Source: Citrobacter sp. Marseille-Q6884
GTDB lineage: Bacteria > Pseudomonadota > Gammaproteobacteria > Enterobacterales > Enterobacteriaceae
Direction of reading: 5' to 3'
Assembly: GCF_945906775.1 (NCBI RefSeq)
Contig: NZ_CAMDRE010000002.1
Location: 741,513-773,512, forward strand
Length of the DNA: 32,000 bases
The translations under genes and the position numbers were made by a program. Each line of letters begins with the position of its first letter. Within the stretch, counting starts at the first letter, position 1. Below are positions 20,168 to 29,006 of this stretch, in pieces. The notes under the pieces are model-generated. The model was not told the DNA's origin and did no database searches. It saw only the letters and a program-made list of their open reading frames with translations.

Positions 20168-20463
20168 AAGAGACACGTAACACGCGAGAAATCATTGAGC
20201 AGGAATATAACGAATTTCCCGAAACCATCCTCCACGCTGAACTGTGCCGCGCATGTGCTCGCGTAGACGGTCGCAGCATCAAGCAGTCACTCAAGGCATT
20301 TGCTCTGGCACGTATCGAAAAGGTTGAGAGCAAGCCGCTTAAGGGCGCACTGGAGCAGATGGCATCCAGCATGTTTCCAGAGACAGAGATAGCCCGTATC
20401 CGCGCCTGTGTAGGCCGCATGGAGTCGGCACTGGTTAAGACATTCGGAGTGAAGCGAGCATGA
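20164..20463 (+). CDS. Phage hypothetical protein, 99 aa
   Basis: MKETRNTREIIEQEYNEFPETILHAELCRACARVDGRSIKQSLKAF; ATGA overlap with previous gene. Confidence 0.6.
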   Translation: MKETRNTREIIEQEYNEFPETILHAELCRACARVDGRSIKQSLKAFALARIEKVESKPLKGALEQMASSMFPETEIARIRACVGRMESALVKTFGVKRA

Positions 20464-20546
20464 CTGAAGCCTACATAGCAGAGCTATCTGCAAGCGTGGC
20501 CGTGATAGTCGGCCTTTTTTATGCGATACGCAAAAACATCGATTAA
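20460..20546 (+). CDS. 28-aa putative single-pass membrane microprotein
   Basis: MTEAYIAELSASVAVIVGLFYAIRKNID; ATG overlaps the TGA of the preceding gene (ATGA). Manual reading. Confidence 0.5.
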   Translation: MTEAYIAELSASVAVIVGLFYAIRKNID

Positions 20547-20585
20547 CAGGCTCGCATCGCGGGCCTTTTTTATGAGGGTAGGATT

Positions 20586-21041
20586 ATGAGCGTTAAACGT
20601 TATTGGTCATACGCTGGCGGCGATTCCTCAATGCAGGAAACGGAAACCGGTAATTACGTGAAGTACGAAGACTACGCATCACTTGAAAGAAAAAACATTG
20701 AACTGGCAGTACAGATCGCTAACGCCGAGAGCAAGTGCAGGGAGCTGGCAGGGGTAGTTGCTGAGAACGCTGATTTAAAATCGCTGATTGAACAGCATGC
20801 AGGCTCTATCGCTGTATGCCCAAATTGCTCACATGAAGAGCCGAGCGAAACTGACGACATAGTAGCGCTTTATCGATCAATGGAAACCCCGGGCACCAAA
20901 GTTTTCATAGCTGAAGTGGGTGCTCAGGCTGTGGAAGCATGCGCAGAGTCATTACTGTCAAATGACGATATTGGCATTAACAGCGAGTATGCACTGATGC
21001 GTGACTTCGCCGCCCAACTTCGCAAAGGAGCCGCGCTATGA
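20586..21041 (+). CDS. Ea22-like phage protein
   Basis: 151 aa coiled-coil region AVQIANAESKCRELAGVVAENADLKSLIEQH followed by ...AFIAEVGAQAVEA-type segment; overlaps the next gene. Confidence 0.55.
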   Translation: MSVKRYWSYAGGDSSMQETETGNYVKYEDYASLERKNIELAVQIANAESKCRELAGVVAENADLKSLIEQHAGSIAVCPNCSHEEPSETDDIVALYRSMETPGTKVFIAEVGAQAVEACAESLLSNDDIGINSEYALMRDFAAQLRKGAAL

Positions 21042-21604
21042 GCAAGTCAATCGCAGATGGCGCAAAACTGACGCCAGAAACATTCGCTGATTTTATTGAG
21101 CGTCTGAAATATCACCATTGCGGAGAAGGTGTTAGTCGCCATATCACCGCCGACCCAATTTTCATGGTTCAGAAGGAGTCAACAATTTACGGTATGGACA
21201 CCGATTATTGCGATGGCCGTTTCGTAGCGTTCGAAGATAGCGTCTGGTTTTCCCCGCAAGAATACTGGGATGACCTGGACGATGATGAACAGGCTGATCT
21301 CAACGCTGAATGTGAGGAAACATACGACACGCCATTCACAGAGCTTTGTGAAGATACTCAGTGGTCTGTTCTAGAAGATCTAGAAAATCACACTGTAAGC
21401 GGGTTCAAAAAAGAATGGCAGCACGTAAACGCGCACCTTACCAGAGAGGCTGCGGAGGCGTTCATTCGACGAAAACAACACGACTACCCACCGCTTCGAG
21501 TTTACGTCGAAAGCATGTATTTCGGGTGGGAGTATCGGGAAATCATCAATGCTCTTTGTGATGGACGCTTAGTTCTCGCAGATACCCAGGAGGCAGCCCA
21601 ATGA
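21038..21604 (+). CDS. Hypothetical acidic phage protein, 188 aa
   Basis: Continuous ORF with overlapping start and stop in the co-directional operon. Confidence 0.6.
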   Translation: MSKSIADGAKLTPETFADFIERLKYHHCGEGVSRHITADPIFMVQKESTIYGMDTDYCDGRFVAFEDSVWFSPQEYWDDLDDDEQADLNAECEETYDTPFTELCEDTQWSVLEDLENHTVSGFKKEWQHVNAHLTREAAEAFIRRKQHDYPPLRVYVESMYFGWEYREIINALCDGRLVLADTQEAAQ

Positions 21605-22059
21605 AAGCACTCAACAAACAGGCGCTGCGTAGTCAGAGCGTTGAAGGTTCTTTTTACCTGGTCGAATGCTGCAATTGCGGTGAAATGTACCCAAGCAACC
21701 TTTTGGATGGTGGGGAGGCAATTGCTGACTCTGGAGATTACGGTGATTGCTACTGCCACCTGTGCGGAGCAGATGACACGGAACGTGCAGATTGGGGAGA
21801 TGTAAATTCGAATGAAGCAAAGGCGTGGAATTTTCAGCAGAAACGTATTGAGGCGCTGCTGGATGATTTGGAAGCCGCAGAGAAGCGCATAGCGGAACTG
21901 TCTGCTAGCCACAGCAAATTGCGCGACACAATGGCTGGCATCCACAACACAATCCGAATGGATGGCGGCTATACGCCACTGGCAGCAATACTCAATGCCG
22001 CTAAACGCGCATATGAAGAATCAGCCACCGCCGCTGGCATTGGCGTGAAGGGAGAGTGA
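21601..22059 (+). CDS. Phage protein with C4 zinc-binding N-terminus and Ea22-like coiled coil
   Basis: YLVECCNCGEMYPSNLL...CYCHLCGADD then coiled coil. Confidence 0.6.
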   Translation: MKALNKQALRSQSVEGSFYLVECCNCGEMYPSNLLDGGEAIADSGDYGDCYCHLCGADDTERADWGDVNSNEAKAWNFQQKRIEALLDDLEAAEKRIAELSASHSKLRDTMAGIHNTIRMDGGYTPLAAILNAAKRAYEESATAAGIGVKGE

Positions 22060-22060
22060 G

Positions 22061-22336
22061 ATGGAAAACGTTAACTTTGTAGTGCAACTACTGAAGAGTG
22101 ACGAATGCGTAACGCTCATGGCCCACGCAGAAGTCAGTAAGGATGAGCTTATCGACGAAGCCATTCGCCAGGGTGAGATTGAAGAAGATGAGCGAGAACG
22201 CTTCGATAAGGCCGAGTTTTGCGCCAGCAAGTGGATGAAGGCAGTTCCGCGCGCTGGCTACTCAACCTACTACTACGAATCGCGTGAAGGTGTTCGCGGA
22301 GCATTCAAAGCAACCTGTCTACAGTATCTCTGGTAA
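22061..22336 (+). CDS. Hypothetical phage protein, 91 aa
   Basis: Continuous ORF in operon. Confidence 0.55.
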   Translation: MENVNFVVQLLKSDECVTLMAHAEVSKDELIDEAIRQGEIEEDERERFDKAEFCASKWMKAVPRAGYSTYYYESREGVRGAFKATCLQYLW

Positions 22337-22346
22337 GGACTAACCC

Positions 22347-23336
22347 ATGACAACTAACCACCCGGCGCACGGTCCCGTATCACTCGAGAGCCTGCACCAG
22401 ATAAGCGAAATACTCAGCAAAGCATCAGCACAAAGTGGCGGCGGTAATCTCGGCTACGCAATGGCTGATGCTGTGAAGGTGATTGATGGGGTAATAGCGA
22501 CAACGAATATAGAGCCAGTAGCGTGCATTGACCGAGCGAACCTTGATTACCTAGCTGACGGGTGTGACGGGCATGTATGGGCTACGTCATACGCTGAAAC
22601 CGGCGATGTTCTGCTCTATACCACCCCGATAACGCCAGCAGTGCCGGATGAAAAACGGGATGATGACGGTAGCGTTACGTCAGATTTCGACCACGGCTGG
22701 AACGCCTGCCGCGCCACCATGCTTCAGGGTGCCGATGGCAAGCCTGAGTTAACAGTCTGGTACGGTGCAATGCCGGAAACGAACGGCAAAACTAACTGGA
22801 CCGCTATGCTGCATCGCAAAGATCACCACCCGTGGGAAGGCATCACAATCGACCGTTCCGAGTATCCTGGCCGAGTACGCTATGAAGCTGACCGCATGCG
22901 TCACCTTATCGGTGAGCTGGCGGATAAGCCGGATATCCTAGCTTACGATTCAGATGCTCACAGCGGATGCGTTGAACCTGTAACGACGGCTTACAAGTTG
23001 CGCGATGCGGTGGAAATCATCCGCAACTCAGGAATAGAAATCGACGCTGAGAAAATCTTTGCAGAGCGTGACGTTCTCAACACTCCAGATTGTTGGTGCA
23101 GAACATGCCGGCCAGTTACCGTAACAGACATGCGATTCGTCGTCTGCCCTGATTGCGGCAACAAGCGCTGCCCGCACGCCAATGACCACCGGAATGCATG
23201 CACAGGAAGTAATGAGCCAGGGCAGGAAGGTAGCGCGTACCCAGCGGCACCGCAGCAGGAGGTGAAGTCAGCGCTTGAACATGGGATGCAGCGTTACGCC
23301 GGAGCTATGCAAAAACTGTCTGAAGGGGATAAGTGA
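22347..23336 (+). CDS. Large mosaic Ea22-like phage protein
   Basis: 329 aa; N-terminal HGPVSLESLHQISEIL..., middle TVWYGAMPETNGKTNWTAMLHRKD, zinc-ribbon-like CWCRTCRPV...CPDCGNKRCP, C-terminal EHGMQRYAGAMQKLSEG. Confidence 0.6.
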   Translation: MTTNHPAHGPVSLESLHQISEILSKASAQSGGGNLGYAMADAVKVIDGVIATTNIEPVACIDRANLDYLADGCDGHVWATSYAETGDVLLYTTPITPAVPDEKRDDDGSVTSDFDHGWNACRATMLQGADGKPELTVWYGAMPETNGKTNWTAMLHRKDHHPWEGITIDRSEYPGRVRYEADRMRHLIGELADKPDILAYDSDAHSGCVEPVTTAYKLRDAVEIIRNSGIEIDAEKIFAERDVLNTPDCWCRTCRPVTVTDMRFVVCPDCGNKRCPHANDHRNACTGSNEPGQEGSAYPAAPQQEVKSALEHGMQRYAGAMQKLSEGDK

Positions 23337-23632
23337 TGGCTAACCTTCAACTGGCAGTTAACGGTGAATACTTCGACCAGATGAAGTCAGGAGAGAAGAC
23401 GGAAGAGTATCGCCTGGTTAATAAATACTGGTGTCGCAGGCTATCGCATGGTCACAACCAAAAGCTACCGCGACGATTTGATCGCCTTATTATCACCCGC
23501 GGATATCCAAAGCGTGATGATATGAGTAGGCGTATCGATGTCCCATATGCTGGATATGAAGTGAAGGTGATAACTCACCCTCACTTCGGGCCGGAGCCGG
23601 TTAAAGTGTTCGCTATCAAGGTGAATATTTAA
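23333..23632 (+). CDS. ASCH-domain-like protein
   Basis: 99 aa; LAVNGEYFDQMKSGEKTEEYRLVNKYW...FDRLIITRGYPKRDDMSRRI. Confidence 0.8.
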   Translation: MMANLQLAVNGEYFDQMKSGEKTEEYRLVNKYWCRRLSHGHNQKLPRRFDRLIITRGYPKRDDMSRRIDVPYAGYEVKVITHPHFGPEPVKVFAIKVNI

Positions 23633-23655
23633 TACTGGCGCAACGTCAAGCAACA

Positions 23656-23684
23656 TTACTCACCCTCAAAATTAGTGTTATAAT
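23656..23684 (+). promoter_or_regulatory. Candidate promoter upstream of ninB
   Basis: TTACTC-17 bp-TATAAT; perfect -10, weak -35. Confidence 0.4.
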
Positions 23685-23837
23685 TAGGTCGCAGTCGGAT
23701 TGAGCACCCGGTTGTGACCTCTGCATCTGATTGGGAAATTAGATGCGAAACACAAAGAGTACTTCAAACCACCTGTCACAGATGCAGAAATGCACCTGCG
23801 ATTTTCTGCATTCTGCGTTACCTCTCGTAGGTGGCGT

Positions 23838-24287
23838 ATGAAGCAACAATTCCACCTCGTAAACGAATCCGTAAAGCAGAACGCCATCAACTACATTCGT
23901 GAGTTGCCGGTCGACGCTAAGCGTCCACTGATTCTCGACATCAAAGAGATGACCCGCACTGCTCAGCAAAACCGTAAATTATGGCCTCTGCTGAAAGACC
24001 TCTCCGATCAGGTTCTCTGGTTTGGAAACAAATACGACTCAGACGACTGGAAAGATTTGATAACCGCAATGGTCGCAAAGTCCAATAAGCAGGAGCAACG
24101 AATGGCTCCAGGTCTGGATGGCGGAATTGTGATGTTCGGTCAACGTACCAGCAAGATGACTGTGCGCCAGATGGTAGAAGTCATCGAGGCAATCTACTGG
24201 TTCGGCACTCAGCAGAACGTCAAATTCAGCGACAAGTCACGCATTGAAATTGAATGGGCTAAGCAGTGGGGTGATCGCAATGCGTAA
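23838..24287 (+). CDS. ninB: NinB recombination protein
   Basis: Start MKQQFHLVNESVKQNAINYIRELP...QNRKLWPLLKDLSDQVLWFGNKYDSDDWKDLITAMV...EWAKQWGDRNA. Confidence 0.9.
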   Translation: MKQQFHLVNESVKQNAINYIRELPVDAKRPLILDIKEMTRTAQQNRKLWPLLKDLSDQVLWFGNKYDSDDWKDLITAMVAKSNKQEQRMAPGLDGGIVMFGQRTSKMTVRQMVEVIEAIYWFGTQQNVKFSDKSRIEIEWAKQWGDRNA

Positions 24288-24855
24288 ACCAACCAGCCGC
24301 AGCTGCAAAATCTGCAAGACCAAATTCACCGCTATCTACGACAACGTATGGTGGTGCTGTCCTGAGCATGGCTTCGAGTACAGCCAACTCCTGTTAGCCA
24401 AGAAGAAACTGGCAGCCGAGCGCAAGCGCAAGCAGGAGGCGCAGCAGGAACGCCGTGAGCTGAAGGTTAGGAAAGCCGCACTTAAACCTCTCAGCCACTG
24501 GATCAGCATTACTCAGCGCGTTTTCAATGACTACATCAGGGCCAGAGATGGGAAGGTTTGCATTAGCTGTGGCAGCAAAACCGCCATCAGTTACCACGCT
24601 GGTCACTACAGAACGACAGCTGCAGCATCTCAGCTTCGGTTCAATGAAGATAATTGCTCCAGCCAATGCGCCGCATGCAACGTTCATAAGTCAGGTTCAA
24701 TCACAGAGTATAGGTCTGGGCTTATCAAAAAAATTGGCCTTCAGAGAGTGTTGGACCTCGAATCAGACAGCCGAGTAGTGAAGTACACAAAAGATTCACT
24801 AGCGGAAATCCGTCAAACCTACCGTAAGAAACTCAAGGAGATCCTCAATGATTAA
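24280..24855 (+). CDS. ninG: NinG recombination/endonuclease-like protein
   Basis: MRKPTSRSCKICKTKFTAIYDNVWWCCPEHG...ARDGKVCISCGSKTAISYHAGHYRTTAAASQLRFNEDNCSSQCAACNVHKSG. Confidence 0.93.
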   Translation: MRKPTSRSCKICKTKFTAIYDNVWWCCPEHGFEYSQLLLAKKKLAAERKRKQEAQQERRELKVRKAALKPLSHWISITQRVFNDYIRARDGKVCISCGSKTAISYHAGHYRTTAAASQLRFNEDNCSSQCAACNVHKSGSITEYRSGLIKKIGLQRVLDLESDSRVVKYTKDSLAEIRQTYRKKLKEILND

Positions 24856-25627
24856 GAGGAAATTATCTGTCACGTCTGGGCAGAAGTTCAACAGATTAAC
24901 TGTCGTGGATCCTTGCGTACGAAAAAATGGCGATATTTACCATTTCTGCCGGTGCGAATGTGGCGTTGAACGGCTTTTCCTCGCGCGAAATATTGAGAGC
25001 GGTAAGTCAAAAAGTTGTGGCTGTCTTTCCAGAGAGAAGGCCAAAGAGCGGGCAACGCATGGCCTTTCAAAATCCCCTATTTATATGACCTGGTCTCGCA
25101 TGTGTCGACGTTGTGATAACCAAAAGGTTGCTAGATATAAAAACTACGGCGGAAGAGGGATTAAGGTCTGCGAACGTTGGAAAAACTTTGAGAACTTCTA
25201 TGAAGACATGGGAGATATTCCAGGACCTGATTTCTCAATTGGGCGCATTGATAACGATAAAGATTATTGTCCTGAAAATTGCAGATGGGAGACAGCGGAG
25301 CAGCAGCAGAACAATACAAGCAGAACCATCTGGATAGAGCACGATGGCTTGCGCATGAGCTTGACTCAGTGGGCAAAGAAACTCAATCAGCCATATTCAC
25401 TCCTAAAAAATCGACATGCCGCAGGTTGGAGCGCCGAGGAGATCCTTTCAGATAGAAAGGACCAGCGTAAATTCATCACCTTCCAAGGCGAGACGAAGCT
25501 TACGACAGAATGGATGAGAGATTTAGGCATCCCCATTTCGTCGTTCTACCACCACGCCAGAAAAGGCCTAACCAAAGAAGAAATAATTGCTCTGTATGCA
25601 GGCAACGCGAGAGAGGATAAGTCATGA
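24848..25627 (+). CDS. HNH/AP2-type homing-endonuclease-like protein inserted between ninG and the Q region
   Basis: 259 aa; GQKFNRLTVVDP...CRCECGVERLFLARNIESGKSKSCGCLSREK...YKNYGGRGIKVCERWKNFENFYEDMG...IGRIDNDKDYCPENCRWET plus C-terminal HTH-like repeats. Confidence 0.65.
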   Translation: MIKRKLSVTSGQKFNRLTVVDPCVRKNGDIYHFCRCECGVERLFLARNIESGKSKSCGCLSREKAKERATHGLSKSPIYMTWSRMCRRCDNQKVARYKNYGGRGIKVCERWKNFENFYEDMGDIPGPDFSIGRIDNDKDYCPENCRWETAEQQQNNTSRTIWIEHDGLRMSLTQWAKKLNQPYSLLKNRHAAGWSAEEILSDRKDQRKFITFQGETKLTTEWMRDLGIPISSFYHHARKGLTKEEIIALYAGNAREDKS

Positions 25628-25818
25628 CCCGCACCGATATCGACAACTATCAGCGCTCGTCAGTAGAGCGTGCTACCAGGCTGACTCCTTACGCAAGAAG
25701 CGAAATAGCCCGTCTGGATGTTGAGACAGCAGAACTTCAGAAACGCATCGATCGGAACAACGAATTACGCCGTGAAATCATCAACCGCGCAAACATGAAC
25801 AAGGGGCCGTCAGCATGA
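25624..25818 (+). CDS. Small nin-region protein, 64 aa
   Basis: MTRTDIDNYQRSSVERATRLTPYARSEIARLDVETAELQKRI; ATGA-type overlaps on both sides. Confidence 0.6.
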   Translation: MTRTDIDNYQRSSVERATRLTPYARSEIARLDVETAELQKRIDRNNELRREIINRANMNKGPSA

Positions 25819-26315
25819 AACTGGAACTAACTGCAGATCAACATCGCTGGATAGATAACTGGCTTCACCTTTGGGGCGCGTGGGCTCAGACCGGTAAAAT
25901 CGACAAATCGATGATTAACATGATCGCCAATTTCATGGCGACAGTCGAAGGGCAACAATCCAGCCGACCGATGTGTAGTGATGATGATGGCATGCTGATT
26001 GATGCAGTGCTGCGTCATTACCTGAAGAACGTCGATGAAAACGCGTGGCGGGTAATTTTCGCTTACTACGTCTGCAACTCCAGCGAGATACGGATCGCCT
26101 CATGGCAGCATGCTGTCAGCAAACCACGCCTGATGAAGACCCGCGCCGGTAACCAGTACAAGCGCCCGAGCCTTTCTACTACTCGCAGAGAAGTGAAAGA
26201 AACCATCAATGCAGCGTTGTTCTGTTTGTATCAACCGCTGCAAAATGCTTTCAACGGTCGTGAAAGTGTGAGGAAAGTTGCAAAAAATGTTCACAACGTG
26301 CTTGCATTCCAATGA
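25815..26315 (+). CDS. DUF1133/Q-like late antitermination protein
   Basis: 166 aa; HLWGAWAQTGKIDKSMINMIANFMATVEGQ...MCSDDDGMLIDAVLRHYLKNVDENAWRVIFAYYV; position between nin genes and lysis. Confidence 0.75.
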   Translation: MKLELTADQHRWIDNWLHLWGAWAQTGKIDKSMINMIANFMATVEGQQSSRPMCSDDDGMLIDAVLRHYLKNVDENAWRVIFAYYVCNSSEIRIASWQHAVSKPRLMKTRAGNQYKRPSLSTTRREVKETINAALFCLYQPLQNAFNGRESVRKVAKNVHNVLAFQ

Positions 26316-26576
26316 ACAAATGAGCATTATATTTAGTGTAGGTTGCCGTATTTGCGTTTAACCTATACAGACATGAAGCCAGAGGTAGTTATGTTTTCAG
26401 CAGGTAATGACACGAAGGAAGGTGTTGAGTACATCACTGGTACTGATGGCGTGAAAAGGCCAATGTCTTATTACAAGGCTGCGGCTGAACGGGCAAGAAA
26501 GGAAAATGAACCTCAAAAATATGGTTCTTTTTTTGATTTTCTTGATAATCCGCAATGGCCATTCTGAATATCAAAC

Positions 26577-26599
26577 AGGTCGCTTAGGCGGCCTTTTTT
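26577..26599 (+). terminator. Candidate terminator upstream of lysis genes
   Basis: AGGTCGC-TTA-GGCGGCCTTTTTTATT (one G:U pair). Confidence 0.55.
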
Positions 26600-26659
26600 A
26601 TTGCACCAAATCCCTACCAGGACCATAAGAGCGAAAGCTCAACGCACTACCCTCATCTT

Positions 26660-26683
26660 GCCCACTTCGCCGTGGGCTTTTTT
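26660..26683 (+). terminator. tR'-type terminator upstream of lysis genes
   Basis: GCCCAC-TTCGCC-GTGGGC-TTTTTT. Confidence 0.8.
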
Positions 26684-26784
26684 ATTCGCGCCCATCCATA
26701 CAGCTAACCACTTACTCCTTGAACGCAATGGGTGAGGCGCTTCTCTCTACGACACAGCACCCGCTAATTACGCGAGGTGAGAGC

Positions 26785-27000
26785 ATGTATCGAATGGACA
26801 AACTAACAACGGGCATCGCCTATGGAGCTTCAGCCACCAACACCGGCTACTGGTTGTTGCAGCTAACAGATCGTGTGTCTCCATCACAATGGGCGGCAAT
26901 TGGTGTCATTGGAAGTCTGGTGTTTGGCCTTCTGACGTATCTGACAAATCTCTATTTCAAAATCAGAGAGGATCGGCGTAAAGCCGCACGAGGTGAATAA
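26785..27000 (+). CDS. Class II (phage 21 S-like) pinholin
   Basis: [71 protein letters not shown]. Confidence 0.95.
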   Translation: MYRMDKLTTGIAYGASATNTGYWLLQLTDRVSPSQWAAIGVIGSLVFGLLTYLTNLYFKIREDRRKAARGE

Positions 27001-27497
27001 TGTCTCCAGCATTGCGGAACAGCGTACTTGGTGCCATTGGTGGCGGGGCTATTGCTATAGCTTCTGTGCTGATCACCGGTCCGAATGGTAATGATGGACT
27101 CGAAGGCATCCGATACGAGCCGTATCAGGATGTTGTTGGGGTGTGGACCGTGTGCTGGGGTCATGCCGGCAAAGACATTATCCTCGGCAAGACCTACACA
27201 AAATCCGAGTGTCAGGCGCTGCTTGATAAAGACCTGAACACCGTGGCGCGTCAGATTAACCCGTACATTAAGGTTCCCATTCCAGAAACGACTCGAGGGG
27301 CGCTTTACTCATTTGTCTACAACGTCGGCGCTGGCAACTTCAAAACATCCACACTGCTACGCAAAATCAACCAGGGTGACATCCAAGGTGCATGCGAACA
27401 GTTAAAGCGATGGAATAAAGCCGGTGGCGTTGTCTGGAAAGGATTGATTACCCGGCGTGAAATTGAGCGTGAAGTCTGCGAGTGGGGGCAGAAATGA
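27000..27497 (+). CDS. SAR endolysin (phage 21 R-like muramidase)
   Basis: 165 aa; N-terminal signal-anchor, [38 protein letters not shown] catalytic pattern. Confidence 0.95.
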   Translation: MSPALRNSVLGAIGGGAIAIASVLITGPNGNDGLEGIRYEPYQDVVGVWTVCWGHAGKDIILGKTYTKSECQALLDKDLNTVARQINPYIKVPIPETTRGALYSFVYNVGAGNFKTSTLLRKINQGDIQGACEQLKRWNKAGGVVWKGLITRREIEREVCEWGQK

Positions 27498-27955
27498 GCC
27501 GGTTAACCGCAATCATCATTGCCGTTGTCGTCTGCATCATCGTGTCGCTTGGCTGGGCTGTTAATCACTACCGCGATAACGCCTCCGAATACAAGAAACA
27601 GCGCGACGAGAAAACTAAGGCGCTGAATATGGCTAACGACACTATCACCGACATGCAGACCCGCCAGCGTGATGTTGCTGCTCTGGATACCAAATACACT
27701 CAGGACTTAGCTGATGCGAAAAAGCAGCTTGATGATTTGCAGCGTTGCGTTCGTGATGGCAAGTGTGGGTTGCGCGTCAACGCAAAATGTCCCACGAACG
27801 GAGCGACCGGCACCGGCAGCCTGGGCGATGCTTCCGGCCCCCGACTTACAGACTCCGCTCAACGGGATTATTTCACCCTCAGAGAGCGAATTGCCACAGT
27901 GACTAAGCAGGTCGAATATCTGCAGGACTACATCAAGACGCAGTGCCTGAGGTAA
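27494..27955 (+). CDS. Rz: Spanin inner-membrane subunit Rz
   Basis: [65 protein letters not shown]. Confidence 0.93.
   Translation: MSRLTAIIIAVVVCIIVSLGWAVNHYRDNASEYKKQRDEKTKALNMANDTITDMQTRQRDVAALDTKYTQDLADAKKQLDDLQRCVRDGKCGLRVNAKCPTNGATGTGSLGDASGPRLTDSAQRDYFTLRERIATVTKQVEYLQDYIKTQCLR
27714..27902 (+). CDS. Rz1: Spanin outer-membrane lipoprotein Rz1 nested in Rz
   Basis: [39 protein letters not shown] with lipobox and Pro-rich tail, +1 frame inside Rz. Confidence 0.92.
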   Translation: MRKSSLMICSVAFVMASVGCASTQNVPRTERPAPAAWAMLPAPDLQTPLNGIISPSESELPQ

Positions 27956-27958
27956 GAG

Positions 27959-28159
27959 GTGAGAAAGCGAGAGCGCGAAGTAACATTGCTCTACGGAATA
28001 TCACTCATACGCGATGACGTTCTCAATCATCCTGAGATAAAGCCAACGCTGGCTGACAGAATAATCACCCTCATACACCACTTTTTCTACATCGCATCTG
28101 CGCTTGTTATCGCAGCGTCAGGATTCGCATTCTTCATCTGGTCATCGACATTTCTGTAA
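27959..28159 (+). CDS. Small putative membrane protein, 66 aa
   Basis: Hydrophobic stretch FFYIASALVIAASGFAFFIW; start uncertain. Confidence 0.45.
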   Translation: MRKREREVTLLYGISLIRDDVLNHPEIKPTLADRIITLIHHFFYIASALVIAASGFAFFIWSSTFL

Positions 28160-28189
28160 GTCGATGCAATACAACAACCGGAGCCAACA

Positions 28190-28432
28190 ATGGCAGAGCT
28201 AAATACCATGACTGACGAACAGAAATTCAAGTTAGAAATTTACAAGCTGGTCATGAGCCAGAATGCGGCCGCTGAAGAAGCTTTCTCCTTTATCGGGACT
28301 GACCAATTGAAACTGGAGTTGTTCAAAATCCACTTTCAGGCAGGCGGCGCGAATTCAGATGTCACTACTCGAACGATTGAGGCTGTGCGCAAATCGAAAG
28401 AAGCGTTGGGCCTTTTCACTACCGGAGCATGA
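28190..28432 (+). CDS. Hypothetical phage protein, 80 aa
   Basis: MAELNTMTDEQKFKLEIYKLVMSQNAAAEEAFSFIG. Confidence 0.65.
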   Translation: MAELNTMTDEQKFKLEIYKLVMSQNAAAEEAFSFIGTDQLKLELFKIHFQAGGANSDVTTRTIEAVRKSKEALGLFTTGA

Positions 28433-28433
28433 T

Positions 28434-28934
28434 ATGACCACTGTTGCATGGGACGGAAAGACATTGGCATCTGACACCCAGGCTTCAACTGGTGATGTCG
28501 TTTGCTCTCTCAGTGAGCAGAAGATTTACACTGCTCCATCATCAGGATGGGAAGTGTACGGAGACAAGATCGTTGCCGTTGGGTGCTCTGGTGATTGCGG
28601 AGCTGAAATGGAACTGCAAGAACTCATGACGAATGGCCTGACATATGCCACTGAGTTTCTCCCAACCTTCGGATTCTCTGCCATAGCTATTATTGGCCAC
28701 GGTCGAGCGTATGTAATTAGTAAAAAAGAAGGTGATACCCGGGCAAATATTTCGCTTCAGGTTGAGCCTTACGCCATAGGTTCTGGTGGATTAATTGCCA
28801 GAGCTGCAATGCGATGCGGTAAAGACGCTCGTGATGCTGTACGGGTAGCGATTGAGATGGATTGCTACTCAGGCGGCAATGTCGATTCATTCACCATCGA
28901 CCAACTGCCATACATCATTGTGGGGAAAGATTAA
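28434..28934 (+). CDS. Ntn-hydrolase/proteasome-subunit-like phage protein
   Basis: Start MTTVAWDGKTLASDTQASTGD; TTVAW...D(T/S) and GCSGD, GSGG...AMRCGKDARDAVRVAIEMDCYSGG match HslV/proteasome beta-fold signatures. Confidence 0.75.
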   Translation: MTTVAWDGKTLASDTQASTGDVVCSLSEQKIYTAPSSGWEVYGDKIVAVGCSGDCGAEMELQELMTNGLTYATEFLPTFGFSAIAIIGHGRAYVISKKEGDTRANISLQVEPYAIGSGGLIARAAMRCGKDARDAVRVAIEMDCYSGGNVDSFTIDQLPYIIVGKD

Positions 28935-29006
28935 ATGACACTTAAAAAAGGTCGAAGCAAAAAAGTTATCGGTGAGAACATCGCAACCGAAATTAAAGCC
29001 CACTAA
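28935..29006 (+). pseudogene. Truncated copy of small basic phage protein (…KGxSKKxIxxNIxTE…)
   Basis: MTLKKGRSKKVIGENIATEIKAH then TAA inside the GCCCACTAAGTGGGC palindrome; C-terminal half (…KPKxQAVAIAxSKAGKK) missing. Confidence 0.55.

Noticed and set aside
21502-21945. 147-aa minus-strand ORF in the Ea22-like region
   Set aside because: Antisense to two well-packed overlapping plus-strand genes; no coupling, Cys/Phe-rich artefactual composition
24244-24279. Upstream extension of ninG in the ORF track (MKLNGLSSGVIA...)
   Set aside because: Overlaps the ninB 3' end; the ATG at 24280 gives the expected NinG start MRKPT
27714-27902. Rz1 inside Rz as a novel overlap
   Set aside because: Embedded Rz1 is the established arrangement in lambdoid phages, so it is listed as a feature only
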